From assembly GCF_006345805.1 (NCBI RefSeq), contig NC_043004.1, forward strand, positions 95,728,001 to 95,792,000: a DNA stretch of 64,000 bases. The letters are read 5' to 3'. Positions within the stretch are counted from its first letter, which is position 1. Each line of letters starts with the position of its first letter. The notes beneath the pieces were generated by a model. It worked only from the letters and a program-made list of their open reading frames with translations. It had not been told where the DNA came from and did no database searches. This document shows, piece by piece, positions 11,456 through 25,051 of this stretch. The stretch is from Octopus sinensis. Its lineage: Eukaryota. The position numbers were made by a program, and so were the translations under genes.

Positions 11456-11981
11456 CAGCAGCTGGTATTTGTTCTCTCTTCTTTTGGATATACATAACTG
11501 ACACTTCGTTGGTTACAATAATGAGTGTTCCACTTATCCAATCAAGGGAACAGCCTATTCATGAAATTAACTTGCAAGTGACTGAGCCCTTCACAGACAT
11601 GTGTACCCTTAACGTAGTTCTCAGTGAGATTCAGCATGTCACAGAATGAGACAGGGCCGGCCCTTTAAATCCCAGGCACAACTCATTTTTGCCAGCTTAG
11701 TGGACTGGAGCAACATGTAAAAGTATCTAGCTCAAGAACTCAAGGCACTGCCAGGAATCGAATTTACAACCTTACCAATAACCTAACCACTAAGCTGGCA
11801 GAATCATGAGCATGACATCAGAATTGTAATATTTCTGTGGCTCAGTTAAAACCATAAAATAAACCACCAGTTAAGTTCCATCCCACTAAAATTCCTGGAC
11901 TTGTGCCCAAATTCGAAACACATACTTCCTGATAATTCTGTTTTCAAGATTTCTAAATGTAGGAAATGCATAATTATTAAG

Positions 11982-12495
11982 TGTCTTCTACTATAGCTTC
12001 AGGCCAACTAAAGCCTTGTGGGTGGATTTGGTAAACAGAAACTGAAAGAAGCTCATCGTATATATATACTCTTTTACTCTTTTACTTGTTTCAATCATTT
12101 GACTGCGGCCATGCTGGAGTACCGCCTTTAGTCAAAGAAATCGACCACAGGACTTATTCTTTGTAATTATTTTATCAGTCTCTTTTGCTGAACCACTAAG
12201 TTACAGGGACATAAACACACAGTCAAGTGATGTTGGGGTACAAACACAGACACACGGAACCATGTGGTTGGTAAGCAAGCTACTTACCACACAGCCGTGT
12301 CTGTGTTTGTCCTCCCACCATCACTTGACAACCAATGTTGGTGTATTTACATCCCCATAACTTAGCAGTTCAGCAAAAGTGACCAATAGAATAAGTACTA
12401 GGCTTATAAAGAATAAGTCCTGGGATTGATTTGTTCAATTAAAGTCAGTGCTCCAGCATGGCCACAGTCAAATGACTGAAACAAGTAAAAGAATC
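11982..12495. mobile_element. Scrambled or nested cluster of family A SINE fragments in both orientations
   Basis: Plus fragment ~11982-12060, minus ~12066-12300, plus ~12296-12495. Confidence 0.8.
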
Positions 12496-13824
12496 TTAAT
12501 ATATATACATTTCTGTTTGGCCCTAGTTAGCATGACATTTATTAGTTTCATTCTGTGAGAGAAGATAAACAGGTTCAATTGTGTTACAAACTTCTGCTGG
12601 CTCAAATGCTTGACCAAAGCAATATATATGTGTGTGTGTGAAATAATATCTAAACATGTGCACAGGTAAAACAAACACTGGAGTTGCTTTGCTTCAGACA
12701 AAAACTGAAGGAGCCACCCAGGGGTTTCGCAAGCCCTTTTGAACCTATCACAATGTTGGAAAATCTTCTATATCATTAGCAAGTATCTCAGGGTCACAAG
12801 CATTTTGCTTCTTAGCCTATATGCTTCACCTGAGTGGGGCAGTAAGGGTTGGATGAGGTTTCACCGGCAGAAAGGTTCCACCTGTGGTCTTTTGTGAACC
12901 ACAATCACCTTGAGCTGGTTTCAGCTGTGATGTTTATTTCTTCGGTGACTTTCTTCAGTTATCCGGGTTCCAGAGCAATCTTTTGCAAGAAATGGTGCAC
13001 CATTGTCACTGGGTTTGCTGACTTCAATAAGGAATGAGGCCCCATGCCATCCTTTGACAAGTGAGAAGTATAACATGAAAAATGGAATTCACTACTTAAT
13101 AACTTAATCTCTCTGAATCATATGGAAATATAAGGATTTTTTTAAGCTCAATCCATACCAAAGGAAATGTAAATATTCAGTCATAATACCTGAAGACAGT
13201 TAGAATATAACAGTTAAAATGTATGATGAATAGAAACATTGGAGTGTGCATTAGTAGTTCAATCAATACTAGCTCATACAATAATAATCTCCTCGACTAC
13301 AAGTCAAATGGTTAATTATCCAACAAATTGCACTGATCTGTTCTGCTGAAACTAAATAGGTGTGATGTGAAATAGAAAATCTGGCTATACCCTTGGGGTG
13401 CTTTAAATAAGGAGAGGTATTCATCCATGAAGCTTAATAAACGTATTAGATCTGGGTATACATTGAGAATAGAAATAAAATAAAACAGTGCAGAAATGAA
13501 ACAGGCTTCTGCTGTGTCTGCCGATTTTCCAATTTCTGCAAGCTTTATAAACACAGTAGTAGATTGTTATTTAAATATATTATTTATTCGATAAAACAAT
13601 GTTTAAGTTTACCTTATTATAATGTTCAGCTCTTCTTATTTCTCTCTGTACAGCACTTTGCTCATCTATACTAGTGTGTATATAATGTTTTGTGTGCGTG
13701 TGTGTGGGTACATGTATGCGTTCATTCATCTGTATAAGTCTTGCCTATGCTTGAGGCTAAACAATTGTCTTGTACCACAACCATGTTGAATTTCGCTACT
13801 TTATTATATACATACAACGTATAT

Positions 13825-13910
<86 letters not shown>

Positions 13911-14339
13911 CATATGTGTGTGTGTGTGTGTAAGCCATCTAAAAGTTCATAAGTCAAGAAAAAATACACTTATATAGGTCAGTAGAGTGTGTATATTAAT
14001 CTAAGTGCACATTATTATGTATCCATCGGCCATAATAGATATATAATACTGTACACTTCAATATATATATATATATATATATATCGTTGCTATTATGAAA
14101 AAGTGTCGTAAGTTCAAGATGTTGCTTTTTCAGAAAATAATAAAATAGTTTACCATTCTATAGCAAAACCGTTGTACTACACTTTAACAATTTTTGATAT
14201 CTTGGCATCTGAAGCAGCTGGAGATACGATAGTTTGACCAAAAGAACCAGCTTTTGCAAGCAAAATTAAATATTGAAAAAAATGTATTTGGCCAAATTTG
14301 GGCATATGACAGTTTAATATAATAACAACAATGTCCAAA

Positions 14340-14641
14340 TCTTTATAAAGCTGAAGTTGTGTGTGTATCTGTCTACTCCGATTTAGATTCCTAACTACTC
14401 CCACATTTTGCGGTGCTGTTTAACCAAAAGCAGGTATCTTATAGTTGTGATTCATATCAAGCCCTTCTGGGTATTAGCACGCATCTACGATGAGTCTACG
14501 ATTTTAAAAAAAAATTTACCATCATTTTTCCGCATTTTTAATGCATTTTTTGCTCGGTTTATATAAGAGAAGTAACTCTCTAAAAATGCTTATATGGTTA
14601 TTTCCCTTACAAACCCGAGCAACGCCGGGCGATACAGCTAG
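14340..14641 (+). mobile_element. Non-autonomous Helitron (~300 bp)
   Basis: 5' TC at 14340; 3' CTAG at 14638-14641; subterminal GC hairpin cccg-agcaacgc-cggg (14614-14629); inserted between A and T with no TSD. Confidence 0.75.
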
Positions 14642-14929
14642 TTATATATAAATCGGCAACAGCAGCAGCAGCAACAACACCAGGATTATGGCCATGGATG
14701 ACTACTGCAACAACAACAATTATAGTGATATCACCAGACCCATGCCTCATAATAACAGCACCAATAACAGCAGCAACAACAACTCCAGGCCTGCAGCCAA
14801 TAGAAGATACACCAGAGCTGTTAACACGACCAGCACTCCAGTCCAGAGATATATCAGGTTGGCTAAAAGTGCCTGTACAACCACAGGTCTTCTTTCAGGA
14901 TTCCAGAAAAGTCATACATCACGTCCCAG

Positions 14930-15133
14930 GCCAGTAATGTATGGTGCCTTAAAGATGAAGGAACTCCACACAAAATTAGGAGACCATAGAGCAGCTGGGG
15001 TCCTACATAAATGGGAGCAGATTATGCAAGCTTTGCATAGCAGAGCAAACAAGGATCCTTAAAGATTCCCTGGACTCAGATTCTCTCTTAAATTCCAGAT
15101 ATGAGATCTATACCCCTGCCCCCATTTCAAAGG
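14930..15133 (+). pseudogene. Penelope-like element endonuclease C-terminal remnant
   Basis: Frameshifted NVWCLKDEGTPHKI / ETIEQLGSYINGSRLCKLCIAEQTRILK..SLLNSRYEI / CPHFK resembles the W.LK..YxNGSxxCxLCxxEK..LLN.R.E..CRH tail of Penelope GIY-YIG domains. Confidence 0.55.
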
Positions 15134-15189
15134 TAAGTAGGTAGGTAGGTAGATAGGTAGGTAGGTAGGTACCTAGCTAGCTAGCTAGC

Positions 15190-15257
<68 letters not shown>
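15134..15257. repeat. (GTAG)n-(CTAG)n-(ATAG)n compound tetranucleotide microsatellite
   Basis: Direct reading. Confidence 0.95.
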
Positions 15258-15555
15258 AGTGTACAGTTCCTTTGTCAGTAGGATCAAGAACAAAAGTACA
15301 TTATCCAGTGAGAGATAAATATCATTTAATAGACACAGGATTTAAATGTAAGCTACTGTAAGTTTCATGCCTCTGATAAAACGATAGTTTGCCAAGCTTA
15401 TTAAGTGAACCCTTTATTACCAAGTAATCGTTCAGGCCTGAATAATTGCCTGATAATATACAACATGATATGCAAGCTTGTCTGACTACTGTATTATTAC
15501 AGGCAGGAAACTCATAGTAGCTTGCATATAAATCCTGTGTACACACACACATGTA

Positions 15556-16733
15556 TTGGGTTGGCAACTAAGTTCCCGCCATCTTTTAAAATTTTGTAAT
15601 TTATTGCATTTTTAAATTTTGGAATCTATTTTTTTTTTTGAGAATTCTATTTTTGAATCATTTTGGAATCTATTTGGTTTTGTCTTCTAGTTAATTTTAG
15701 TTAACTTTTGTTTATTTTCAGATCATTAAAATGGAATGTCAAGTTAAGAAAAACGAGCATTTTCGACACCTCCTTCTTTTTGCTTTTAATCAAGGTGCTA
15801 AGGCCACAAAAGCTGTTTGCAACATTTGTGCTGTGTATGGGAGAGGGTTCCATAGCTGAAAGAACCTCTCATGATTGGTATGCCAAGTTCAAAAATGGAA
15901 ATTTTGACCTCAAATATGCACCTCGTTCTGGCCGTCCAGTTGAGTTCGATGAAGAGCGATTCAACCAACTTTTGCACGTAAATTCTTATCAAATGACAAG
16001 GGAACTGGCAGAGAAAATGGAATGCTCCCACACTGCTCATCACCACTCAACTCATGGACGCAAGCAGCAATTTCTTTACAGAATCATTATAGGCAACAAA
16101 AAATGGTGCCTGTACATCAATATGAAGCAGCGTAAAGAATGGCTTAGCTCCGGTAAACAAGCGAACACCACACGTGAAACGTGATCTTCATCCATGTAAA
16201 ACGATGTTGTGTGTATGGTGGGACTGGGAAGGGATTATCTATCATGAATTGCTTGAACGGAAACAAACGGTCAATGTGGAACTATGTTCAACAGATGGAA
16301 CAGCTCAACATGGTTATTCAAGAGAAAAGACCTAATCGGCAGCATGGAGTTCTTCTGTTGCAAGACAACACCCACTTTCATATCACCAATATGACCAAGG
16401 AAGCCATTCAAACGCATGGCTGGGAAGTGCTGCCATACCCGCCATACTCTCCTGATTTGGCACCAATAGATTTCCACCTCTTTTGATCTCTTTCAAATGC
16501 TATGCGTGGAGTTTCGTTTAATACTGATGCAGAATTGAGAGCTTAGTTGGATCAATTTTTTGAGTCAAAATTGGGTAATTTCTAACAACGAGGTATTGAA
16601 AATCTTGTTGAACGTTGGGAAGAAGTTGTAAACAAAGGTGAATACATTATTGATTAAATAGTTGTTATTTTTTTATTAAACTTTTTTAAAAATTTAAATT
16701 TTAAAAATGGCAGGAACTTAGTTGCCAACCCAA
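15556..16733 (+). mobile_element. Mariner DNA transposon, near full length, transposase pseudogene
   Basis: TIRs ttgggttggcaactaagttcccgccat / atggcaggaacttagttgccaacccaa with TA on both sides. MECQVKKNEHFRH..; VWWDWEG; LLQDN..H; YSPDLAPIDFHLF; frameshifts, stops and an internal deletion. Confidence 0.95.
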
Positions 16734-17166
16734 TATATGTAGAGAGAGATACATAATATATATATTTATACATACAACAGACATTGAATGACAATGACAA
16801 TGATGATGATGATGATGATGATGATGATATATGTATATATATATATATGTGATATAATAAGAAAATGGAAATCTTTCATTATTATTTATTCTCCATTACA
16901 CGTGTTTCATTTGCTAATAAGAATCACAATACCATTTTGATTAAGTCTTTATATTTAGATTTAATCAGGAGCAGCCCAGCTTCCCCTGTGAAGAAAAGAG
17001 AAAAAAATATGTACACACATGCATACAAGCAGAAAGATAAGTGTGTATGTCATATATACAAATGCATATATACTTTTATCTACATAAATATATAAAAACA
17101 TGAAAGTACTTACATCAATACATACATAATACATATATATATTCATACATACATATATATATATAT

Positions 17167-17353
17167 AGTTAATCCAAACAAGAAAGCACAAAAAAACAAT
17201 ATAGTATTACTGGACGCTCAGGAAAGAAGGAAAGAAGGAGTGTTTAACGTTTCGAGCGGAGCTCTTCGTTGGAAACATAGGAGAAGCAAAGATCCAGAGA
17301 AGGGAAGACAGAGGAAAAAAAATCGCCAACGGTACACACGAGGTCACATTTTG

Positions 17354-17356
<3 letters not shown>
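17167..17356 (-). mobile_element. Second copy of the TA-flanked Penelope-like fragment
   Basis: Homologous to 1087-1297. Confidence 0.6.
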
Positions 17357-17396
<40 letters not shown>

Positions 17397-18599
17397 CCTC
17401 ACAGAGGTGGGCAGAAAGTTATGGTAAAAGACACTAGCTCAAGTTTTCATAGTGTGATCAAATGAGAGATCTCACGATTGCGAATCAAGCTATTTAACCA
17501 ATCAGCTTTGCAGTAGAGAAAACCAAAAATTTACTTTTGTCAAGAATAAATGAAAGACAGAGAAAAGGGACTCCCGTTGCAACCCCCTTGAAACAATTCC
17601 CACCTGCCCCCACTACATAACAGACACCCTTAACCATACTCTGTGGCCCAGCCAGATTCCTTTCTGACAGAGGCTGCATCATCATTATTATTGTCTATGC
17701 AGATATCTCCTCAAAACCTGAATATATCACGCACAGTCAACCACTCGAAGAGATGATATCACAATCAGCCTGAAGTAAAGAAAATACCAAGTAGACACAT
17801 GTGATACTTGGAATTTACATTATCAAGAAACAAGCCAAAACACAAGAATAGTTTCATAGCTGCCATTCTCTCAGACCAAATAACACAGAACAGAAGATGA
17901 TATTTAACTTAACACCTAAGTATTTCTGAGATTTGCAGTTAGAATGTAATTTTATATCCTCATTCAAGCTGTTCAATAATTCACACTATATATTCAGTAA
18001 TTGGAATCTTGTTGAGAGTAAGTGTATTTTGTTTGTTTTTTGGGTTTTTTTTTTTATTTGTATTTTATTCCATTTTTACTTTATTTCATTTTGTTATAGT
18101 AATGTTTGCCTATATATATATATATATATAATATATATATATTTTTATCTTCTGCCTCCTCCTCCTCCTTTTACTGTTTATTTGTTTTCTCCTCATCTCT
18201 TCTGACACAATTCTGCTTTAGTTGGTTCAAGAATTGCTACAGTATTCTCTGAGAGAATATTATTTATTTAAACTTATTCCTGCACAGGTAAAAAACGCAA
18301 GTTACATGGTGGCAACAGAAACTGTGAAAAATCACACGACATTGCTTTGAATATTTAAACATAATAAATAAAAGAAAAGAAAAATAAAAGAAAAACTGAT
18401 AACATCAATGCAAGTTGTTTTTTTTAGGTTTATTTGGTTTGCGTTTTGGCTTTTCTATTTTCAAAAAGTGTTTGATTTTTATCTTTTTGGGGTTTTTTTT
18501 TTTTTGTAGATTTCTTGCTGCTTTTTGTATAATGCTTTAGCTAACTTTATTTAGTGAATATATCTCTAACTGTTATCTTTCTTATTGATTTTTGTCATT

Positions 18600-18945
18600 A
18601 AGGATGGTGATGAGGATGATGATGATGATGGTGATATTGATGATGATGGTGATGATGATGATGGCGACGATGGTGAGGGTAAGCTGGATGTAATGATAAC
18701 AGTGATTGTATACTCATAATGGTGGTGGTGGTTGTAGTGGTGGTGGTGATGGTTGTAGTGGTGGTGGTGATGGTTGTAGGTGGTCGTGGTGGTCGTAGTG
18801 GTTGTAGTCGTGGTTGTAGTTTGAAGGGTGCTGTTGTGGCGATGTTGAAAGTGGTGGTGGTAGCGGCGACGGCTGTGGCTTTGGCGGTGGCAGTGGTGGT
18901 GGTGGTGATGTTGGTGGTGGTGCTGGTGGCAGCTGTGGTGATGTG
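18600..18945. repeat. (GAT)n/(GGT)n trinucleotide low-complexity tract
   Basis: Direct reading. Confidence 0.9.
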
Positions 18946-19541
18946 ATGCTGGAGGTAACAGCGATGAAGAGAAAAGATACCAAAATTACCAACACTTTGA
19001 CTGAACTTCACAACCCAGTAACAAACTGACCACTACTTTCCCTCACACACAAAAAGCCTCGAGGTTCCTCTCAGCAGTCAGTCAGTCTATGCCAGTTGTA
19101 AGGGGAGAACCATAATACTAAGCAAAAAAACAAGTTACTTGGAATCTGAGAAGCACTGTATATACATTAGCAATTCTGCAACTGTTAAAAAGACCCCAGA
19201 ATTCATCAAAGCCATAATTGCAGCTAGGGGTCAGATATTCTAAACAAAAATCTTTTAATACGTAGCATACATAACATGAAACCTTCAGTTGCTAATAAAT
19301 AACAGTCTTACTGTTAAAAATGAATGATGTCAGGAGAAACCACAAGCCCATTAACAATGCATACAATAATACCCAAGTGGTAAGAGTTGAAGAGGTAAAA
19401 ACATCTAAAGCATATTTGATGGATAGCAGTCCTGTGAGGGAGACTTTATGTGATCTACCACATATATATATGCAACATCTAAAATCTAAAATGGGGTAAG
19501 AAAATGTGTGATTAGAAAGGAGTTTTTTTTATATCTGACAC

Positions 19542-19977
19542 TTAATCTTTTAGCATTTGGATTATTTTGCCAAATAAAATGCTTATTAATTCACAGATGC
19601 AGCACGGATTTTTATCAGTGAACAGGTCACGGTCTTAAACCGCCGAAAATATTTTGACAAATTAAACTTAAATGTTGAAGTGAATCGAATGGCTTTTGTG
19701 TGTTTCTTAAATGGCTTACAAACACCTTCCACGCTGCAATTGTTTTCGTTTCAGCACACGATCTCAGATCAAATCACTTGCTATGCAAGTACAGCTCCGT
19801 AATTCACATTGTTTTGAATTAAATCATATGTTATCTCATAGCTCTGAGATTTTGATGATTTTGTTTTTAGAAGGACATTGTAAGGGTAGGTATGACAGAC
19901 TGGAACTGATCACTTTAAACATAAAACAAGTAGGATATTTGGGCTGGATATGACCAGTTTGAATGCTAAAGGGTTAA
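19542..19977 (-). mobile_element. piggyBac-type MITE, longer variant
   Basis: TTAA-flanked ends ttaatcttttagcattt ... aatgctaaagggttaa; extra internal ~230 bp. Confidence 0.7.
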
Positions 19978-20033
19978 TGGTATGGAATAGATGAAGAAAG
20001 GTGGGACAGGGGATAAGAGTTTTGTGAAATATA

Positions 20034-20075
<42 letters not shown>

Positions 20076-20175
20076 TAAGCGTGTATAAATGAGTCAGTGT
20101 GAATGCATATGTAAGGACATAAGTGAGTATGCAAGAGCCAATGTGAATGTGTGTAGAGAGACAATTGAAGAATCA

Positions 20176-21658
20176 CAAACTGCCCCTCCTATGCTGATGA
20201 CCTTGCTCTAAAAGCTGAGTCACTACTAGAACTAGAGAAGTTTCAGGTGTAGAAGCAAGGTCTTGTGGAAGCAAGATCTAGAATCAAAGGGCCTTAGAGT
20301 CAATCTAGCAAAAACCAAAGTCTTAGTAAGTAGGAAGGCAGACAAAATCCACATCCCCTCATGTAGATGACCTTGCTTGATCTGTAGAAAAGGTATAGGT
20401 AGAAACTCAGTAAGATGTACTTGGTGTAAGCTATGGACAAATAAGAGGTGGAGCAATATCAAAGGAAGGTTAACTCGGAAGATAATTTTTGTGTGTGGCA
20501 GATGCACAGGGGCAATAAACACTGAAAATGTGCAGAAAACAGATTCCATCACATGCCAGGGGGAAAAACTAGAAGTAATTCATAGCTTCTATTACCTAGG
20601 TGACTGAGTTAGTGGCAGGCATGGATGCTCTGAGAGCATAGCTACTAGAATAAGAATAGCTTGGGTAAAGTTCAGAGAGCTCCTACATCTGCTGCTAACA
20701 AAGGGCCTCTCGCTCAAAGTGAAAGGTAGACTGTATGATGCATGTGTGTGAACAGCCATGCTACATGGCAATGAAACATGGGCTGTGACTGCTGAGGACA
20801 TGTGTAGGTTTGAAAGAAATGGAGCTAGTATACTCCACTGGATGTGTAATGTCAGTGTGCATACACAACAGAGTGTAAGCACCCTGAGAGAAAACTTGAA
20901 CATTAGAAGCATCAGATGTAGTTTGCAAGAGAGACGACTATGCTGTTATGGTCATGTGATGTGTATGGATGAGGAGAGCTGCATGAAGAAATGTCACACC
21001 CTAACAGTGGAGGAAACCTGTGGGAGAGGTAGACCCAGAAAGTCCTAGGATGAGGTGGTGAAGCATGACCTTCAAATGTTGGGCCTCACAGAGACAATGA
21101 CAAGTGACTGAGACCTTTAGTGATATGCTGCGCTTGAGAAGACCCGGCAAATCAAGTGAGATCGTGGCCAATTCCAGGGTTGCATAACCAGCCCATTTAA
21201 GAGTACCCTTCAATTGTTGAGAAATTAAGAAGACCTGTTGAGTCAAGTGAAATCGTCATAGCTGATACCAATGCCACCAGACTGGCACCCATGCCGAGGG
21301 CATGTAAAAAGCACCATTCAAGCATGACCAATGCCAGTGCTGGTGGCACATAAAATGCACCATTTAAGCATGGTCAATGCCAGTGCTGCCAGACTGGTTC
21401 CCATGCCAGTGGCATGCAAAAAGCACCATTTAAGGATGGTCAATACAGTGCTGCTTGATTGGTCCCCATGTCAGTAGCATGTAAAAAAGACCTACTACAT
21501 TCTCAGAAGAGTTGGTGTTAGGAAGGGCATCCAGCTGTAGAAACCTTACCAGATCAGATTGGAGCCTGGTGCATCCTCCTGGCTTGTCAGTCCTCAGTCA
21601 AACCGTCCAACCCATGCCAGCATGGAAAGCAGACGTTAAACCATGATGATAATGATGA
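20176..21658 (+). mobile_element. 5'-truncated RTE-clade LINE (RT C-terminal half pseudogene, 3'UTR, (GAT)n tail)
   Basis: YADDLAL, GLRVNLAKTKVL, SFYYLGD, LHGNETWAVTAED, ERRLCCYGHV, GRGRPRK; stops and frameshifts; 3'UTR carries ~55-60-bp subrepeats. Confidence 0.95.
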
Positions 21659-21954
21659 GCCTATTGCACATGAATCATGATATGCAGCAATTTAAGTGTA
21701 AAACCAATGTTCAGAAACACTAAATCAGTGACAAATTGGACCAAGATATTGGAGACTTTAACTTAACCTGAAGCAGTGTATACAAACAACCCACTGTGCT
21801 TTTTTTTTTACTCCAGTTTCTGCAGTTTGAGGTTAATTGTAAGTTGGTAAGACTAGTGTAAAATACAAAACTAAATGACACACATTTTAGCCTCATCAAC
21901 TTGTACTCAGAGATTCTGTAATGGTTGACTCATCTTTGATTTTCACCTCATTAT

Positions 21955-22335
21955 ACTCTCTTTTACTCTTTTACTTGTTTCAGTCATTTGACTGCGGCCA
22001 TGCTGGAGCACCGCCATTAGTCGAGCAAATCGACTCCAGGACATATTCTTTGTAAGTCTAGTACTTATTCTATTGGTCCCTTTTGCCGAACTGCTAAGTT
22101 ACGGGCACGTAGACACACCAGCATCGGTTGTCAAGCAATGTTTGGGGGACAAACACAGACACACAAATGTATACACACACACATACATATATATACATAT
22201 GCATATATACGACGGGCTTCTTTCAGTTTCCACCTACCATATACACTCACAAGGATATGGCCATGCAGTGGGGCTGAACCCAGAACCATGTGGTTCATAA
22301 GCAAGCTACTTACCACACTGCCTCTCCTACGCCTA
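21955..22335 (-). mobile_element. SINE family A
   Basis: Homology to 3043-3450. Confidence 0.85.
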
Positions 22336-22649
22336 AAAACTTCTGTTTGGTAAAAATACATGAAATTATTAAATTTAATATACTCTTCCCAAACAAAATT
22401 TGCTGTCATCTATTTCAGAAAATTTTTTTTTATTATAGGGACAAGGCTTGAAAATTTGCAGGAAGGAGAAGTCGATTACATTGATACCATTGTTCAACTG
22501 ATGCTTATTTTAATCATACTACCAATATAAGCCCTGGCAGGGTAGGTCCATGGATTAACTTCTAAATCTGTAAGCAGCTGCCTCATGATTAGCTGAATGA
22601 CAAATCTTGGACCTAAATTTAAATATTAATATGATCTACAGTTTCATGC

Positions 22650-23225
22650 TCAATTTGATGGTTCTTCTCAAGCACGACATAATGTCAAAGGTCTCAGTCA
22701 TTGCCTCTGAGAGTCCTGACACTCAAGAGGAACTCAGCTACTTTACTTCCATGAGACTCAACACTCAAAAGGAACTACTTGCCTCTATGAGGCCCAATGC
22801 TCAAAAGGAACTAGCTTCTATGAGGCCCAATGCTCAAAAGGTGCTCTTTACATGCCACCAGCATGAGTGCCAGTTATATGACATCAGCATTAGTCATGAC
22901 TATGATTTCAATTGGTTTGATGGGTCTTCTCAAGCACAGCATATTGTCAAAGGTCTCGGTCGCTAGTCATTACCTTTGTGAGGCTCAGAATTGGGAGATC
23001 ATACTTTAACACCTCATCCCATGTCCTCCTGGATCTACTTCTTCCACAAGTTCCTTCCTTAGAGATCTGCACTTCTTTACACAGCTGTCCTTGCCCATAT
23101 GCATCACATGACAATACCAGTGCAGTCGTCTCAATTGCACACCACATCTGATGCCTCTTATGCCTAATTATTCTCTCAAAATGCTTACACTCTGTCAAAC
23201 ATGTGCACTGACACTGCACATCCAG
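22650..23225 (-). mobile_element. RTE-LINE C-terminal and 3'UTR fragments with a local ~30-33-bp tandem repeat
   Basis: Minus translation ..GTCGRSRSRRTWDEVLKYDL..MTSDRDL; ctcaaaagg..ctatgaggcccaatg repeats at ~22750-22840. Confidence 0.75.
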
Positions 23226-24047
23226 TAAAGCATATTGGCTTCATTTCTTCCAAGTGTGTGAGATAAATTTCCACATAGTCCCATTTGCCAAATTCACTCA
23301 CAAAATATTTGCCAACCTGGAGCTATGGTAGAAGACACTTGCCCAGTACATTGAGACGGAACCCAAAGCCACATGGTTACAAAGTGAGCTTCTTATCCAC
23401 ACAGCCATGCCTCCACCTATGTTTTCATATATTTGATATGTTTACAATTTAATAGAATAGTTATTACTACATTATATGGTACTGTTATAAAACATAGTAA
23501 AAACATCTAGTAGTAATCTCATTACATCCAATACAGACAATATTTACTAAGTAGTTTACTAATTATGCTAGTAAGGAGGAATAAAAACACAAAAACAACA
23601 GCATACATGCAGATTATACTCTGCAGCACAACTTTACCAAGTGGCTCTACAGACAGCAGGTTTTTGTCTAATTAAACGCCCAATAGAAGTAGCTAATTAA
23701 ATCAGTCTCAAAAGGTGTTAAATTTTACCAAGAACTAATATTATCTCACAGATTGTAAAGAGAGAAAAGAAAAACCGTGCTCACACAAATAACTTAAATG
23801 GCAGTAAAAAGCACAAGCCTGCAAGAAATATTTTTTAAAAATTACAAATTAAAGAAATTAAAGAAGCAGATGCATAAATTAAAAAAAAATAAATTTAACA
23901 CATAAACTTCAAAATTTTAATAAACATTTGTATTTCTTATAAGTTAGGCACATAAAATATTAAGCTTTTATAAATGTTTTGTATGGTTTTCTCTCCCCCT
24001 CTCACTCATAATGCATGAACTCACCAACACACATGCACACAAATACA

Positions 24048-24117
<70 letters not shown>

Positions 24118-24502
24118 GCATATATATTTGCATATACATATGCATATATGTGTATATATGTATATATATATATATACACACGCATTTAAATATGTTTATA
24201 TATTATATATGTATGTATTTTCGTACATACATCATATATGTGTGTATATGATGTGTGCATATACATAAGTATATAAGTGTATATATACATGTATACATAT
24301 ATATATGTATGTATATTTATAGTGCATGCATATATAATATATTATTTTTCTTCTTGATTTTGCCAGCCATCACAAATTTGTCTATGTACATGTGTGTGTG
24401 CGTGTGTCTGTATGTATCTGTGTGTTTGAGTGTCTGTATGTTTGTGTGTTTGTATGTGTTTGTGTATCTGTGTGTGCAAATACAAACCTACACACATGCA
24501 TG

Positions 24503-24543
<41 letters not shown>

Positions 24544-24944
24544 GAGGGCATTATTACACATAAATGCCACATGCATAAATATATAAATATGCATATAAAT
24601 ATATGTATATACATATAGATTATAGAGATGTATGTATGTGTGTGTGTATGTATATATATAGACACACACACATGCATATGTATATATATGACTATGTGTG
24701 TGTGTGTGTGTGTGAGAATATTAACATTTGCATGCTTCACATGGAAAACTGCTGAGGTACAAGTAATGAAGTTTGTTGTCATTTCTCAGGCAATAAATTG
24801 TTTGCTGGTTCTGTGCTTTCAAAAATGTGTGGAATAAAAGATCCCTTACTTAAAAAAAAAAGAAAAGCATTAGTGACAAGAAGGATATGAAGCTGTAAAA
24901 TAATCCTTCAGTGATATATATTTGAACATTATTTACATTTGACA

Positions 24945-25013
24945 GGCATATGGCATAGTGGTTAAGAGTGCAGTCTACTAACCCAACATTCCGATTTCGA
25001 TTCCAGGCAGTAA

Positions 25014-25051
<38 letters not shown>

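Noticed and set aside
13183-13232. Decayed CTGAAGA hammerhead/Penelope-tail relic (cataatac..gtatgatg)
   Set aside because: GAAA and stem III are disrupted; too degenerate to call. A similar weak relic at ~60195-60240 (-) was also dropped.
12700-13560. Unique, moderately GC-rich segments with short ORFs
   Set aside because: Could be an old transposon or an exon, but no motif could be identified by eye; needs BLASTx.
15082-15139. Apparent 34-nt exon with good acceptor and AAG|GTAAGT donor
   Set aside because: Lies inside the Penelope remnant, and the donor merges into the (GTAG)n microsatellite.
22750-22840. CRISPR-like short direct repeats (also the 60-bp array at 49.6-50.2 kb)
   Set aside because: Contiguous tandem units without unique spacers, in a eukaryotic retroelement context with no cas genes.
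24945-25017. tRNA gene (also the heads of SINE families A and B)
   Set aside because: A/B boxes are present but there is no full cloverleaf, and each continues into SINE body sequence.
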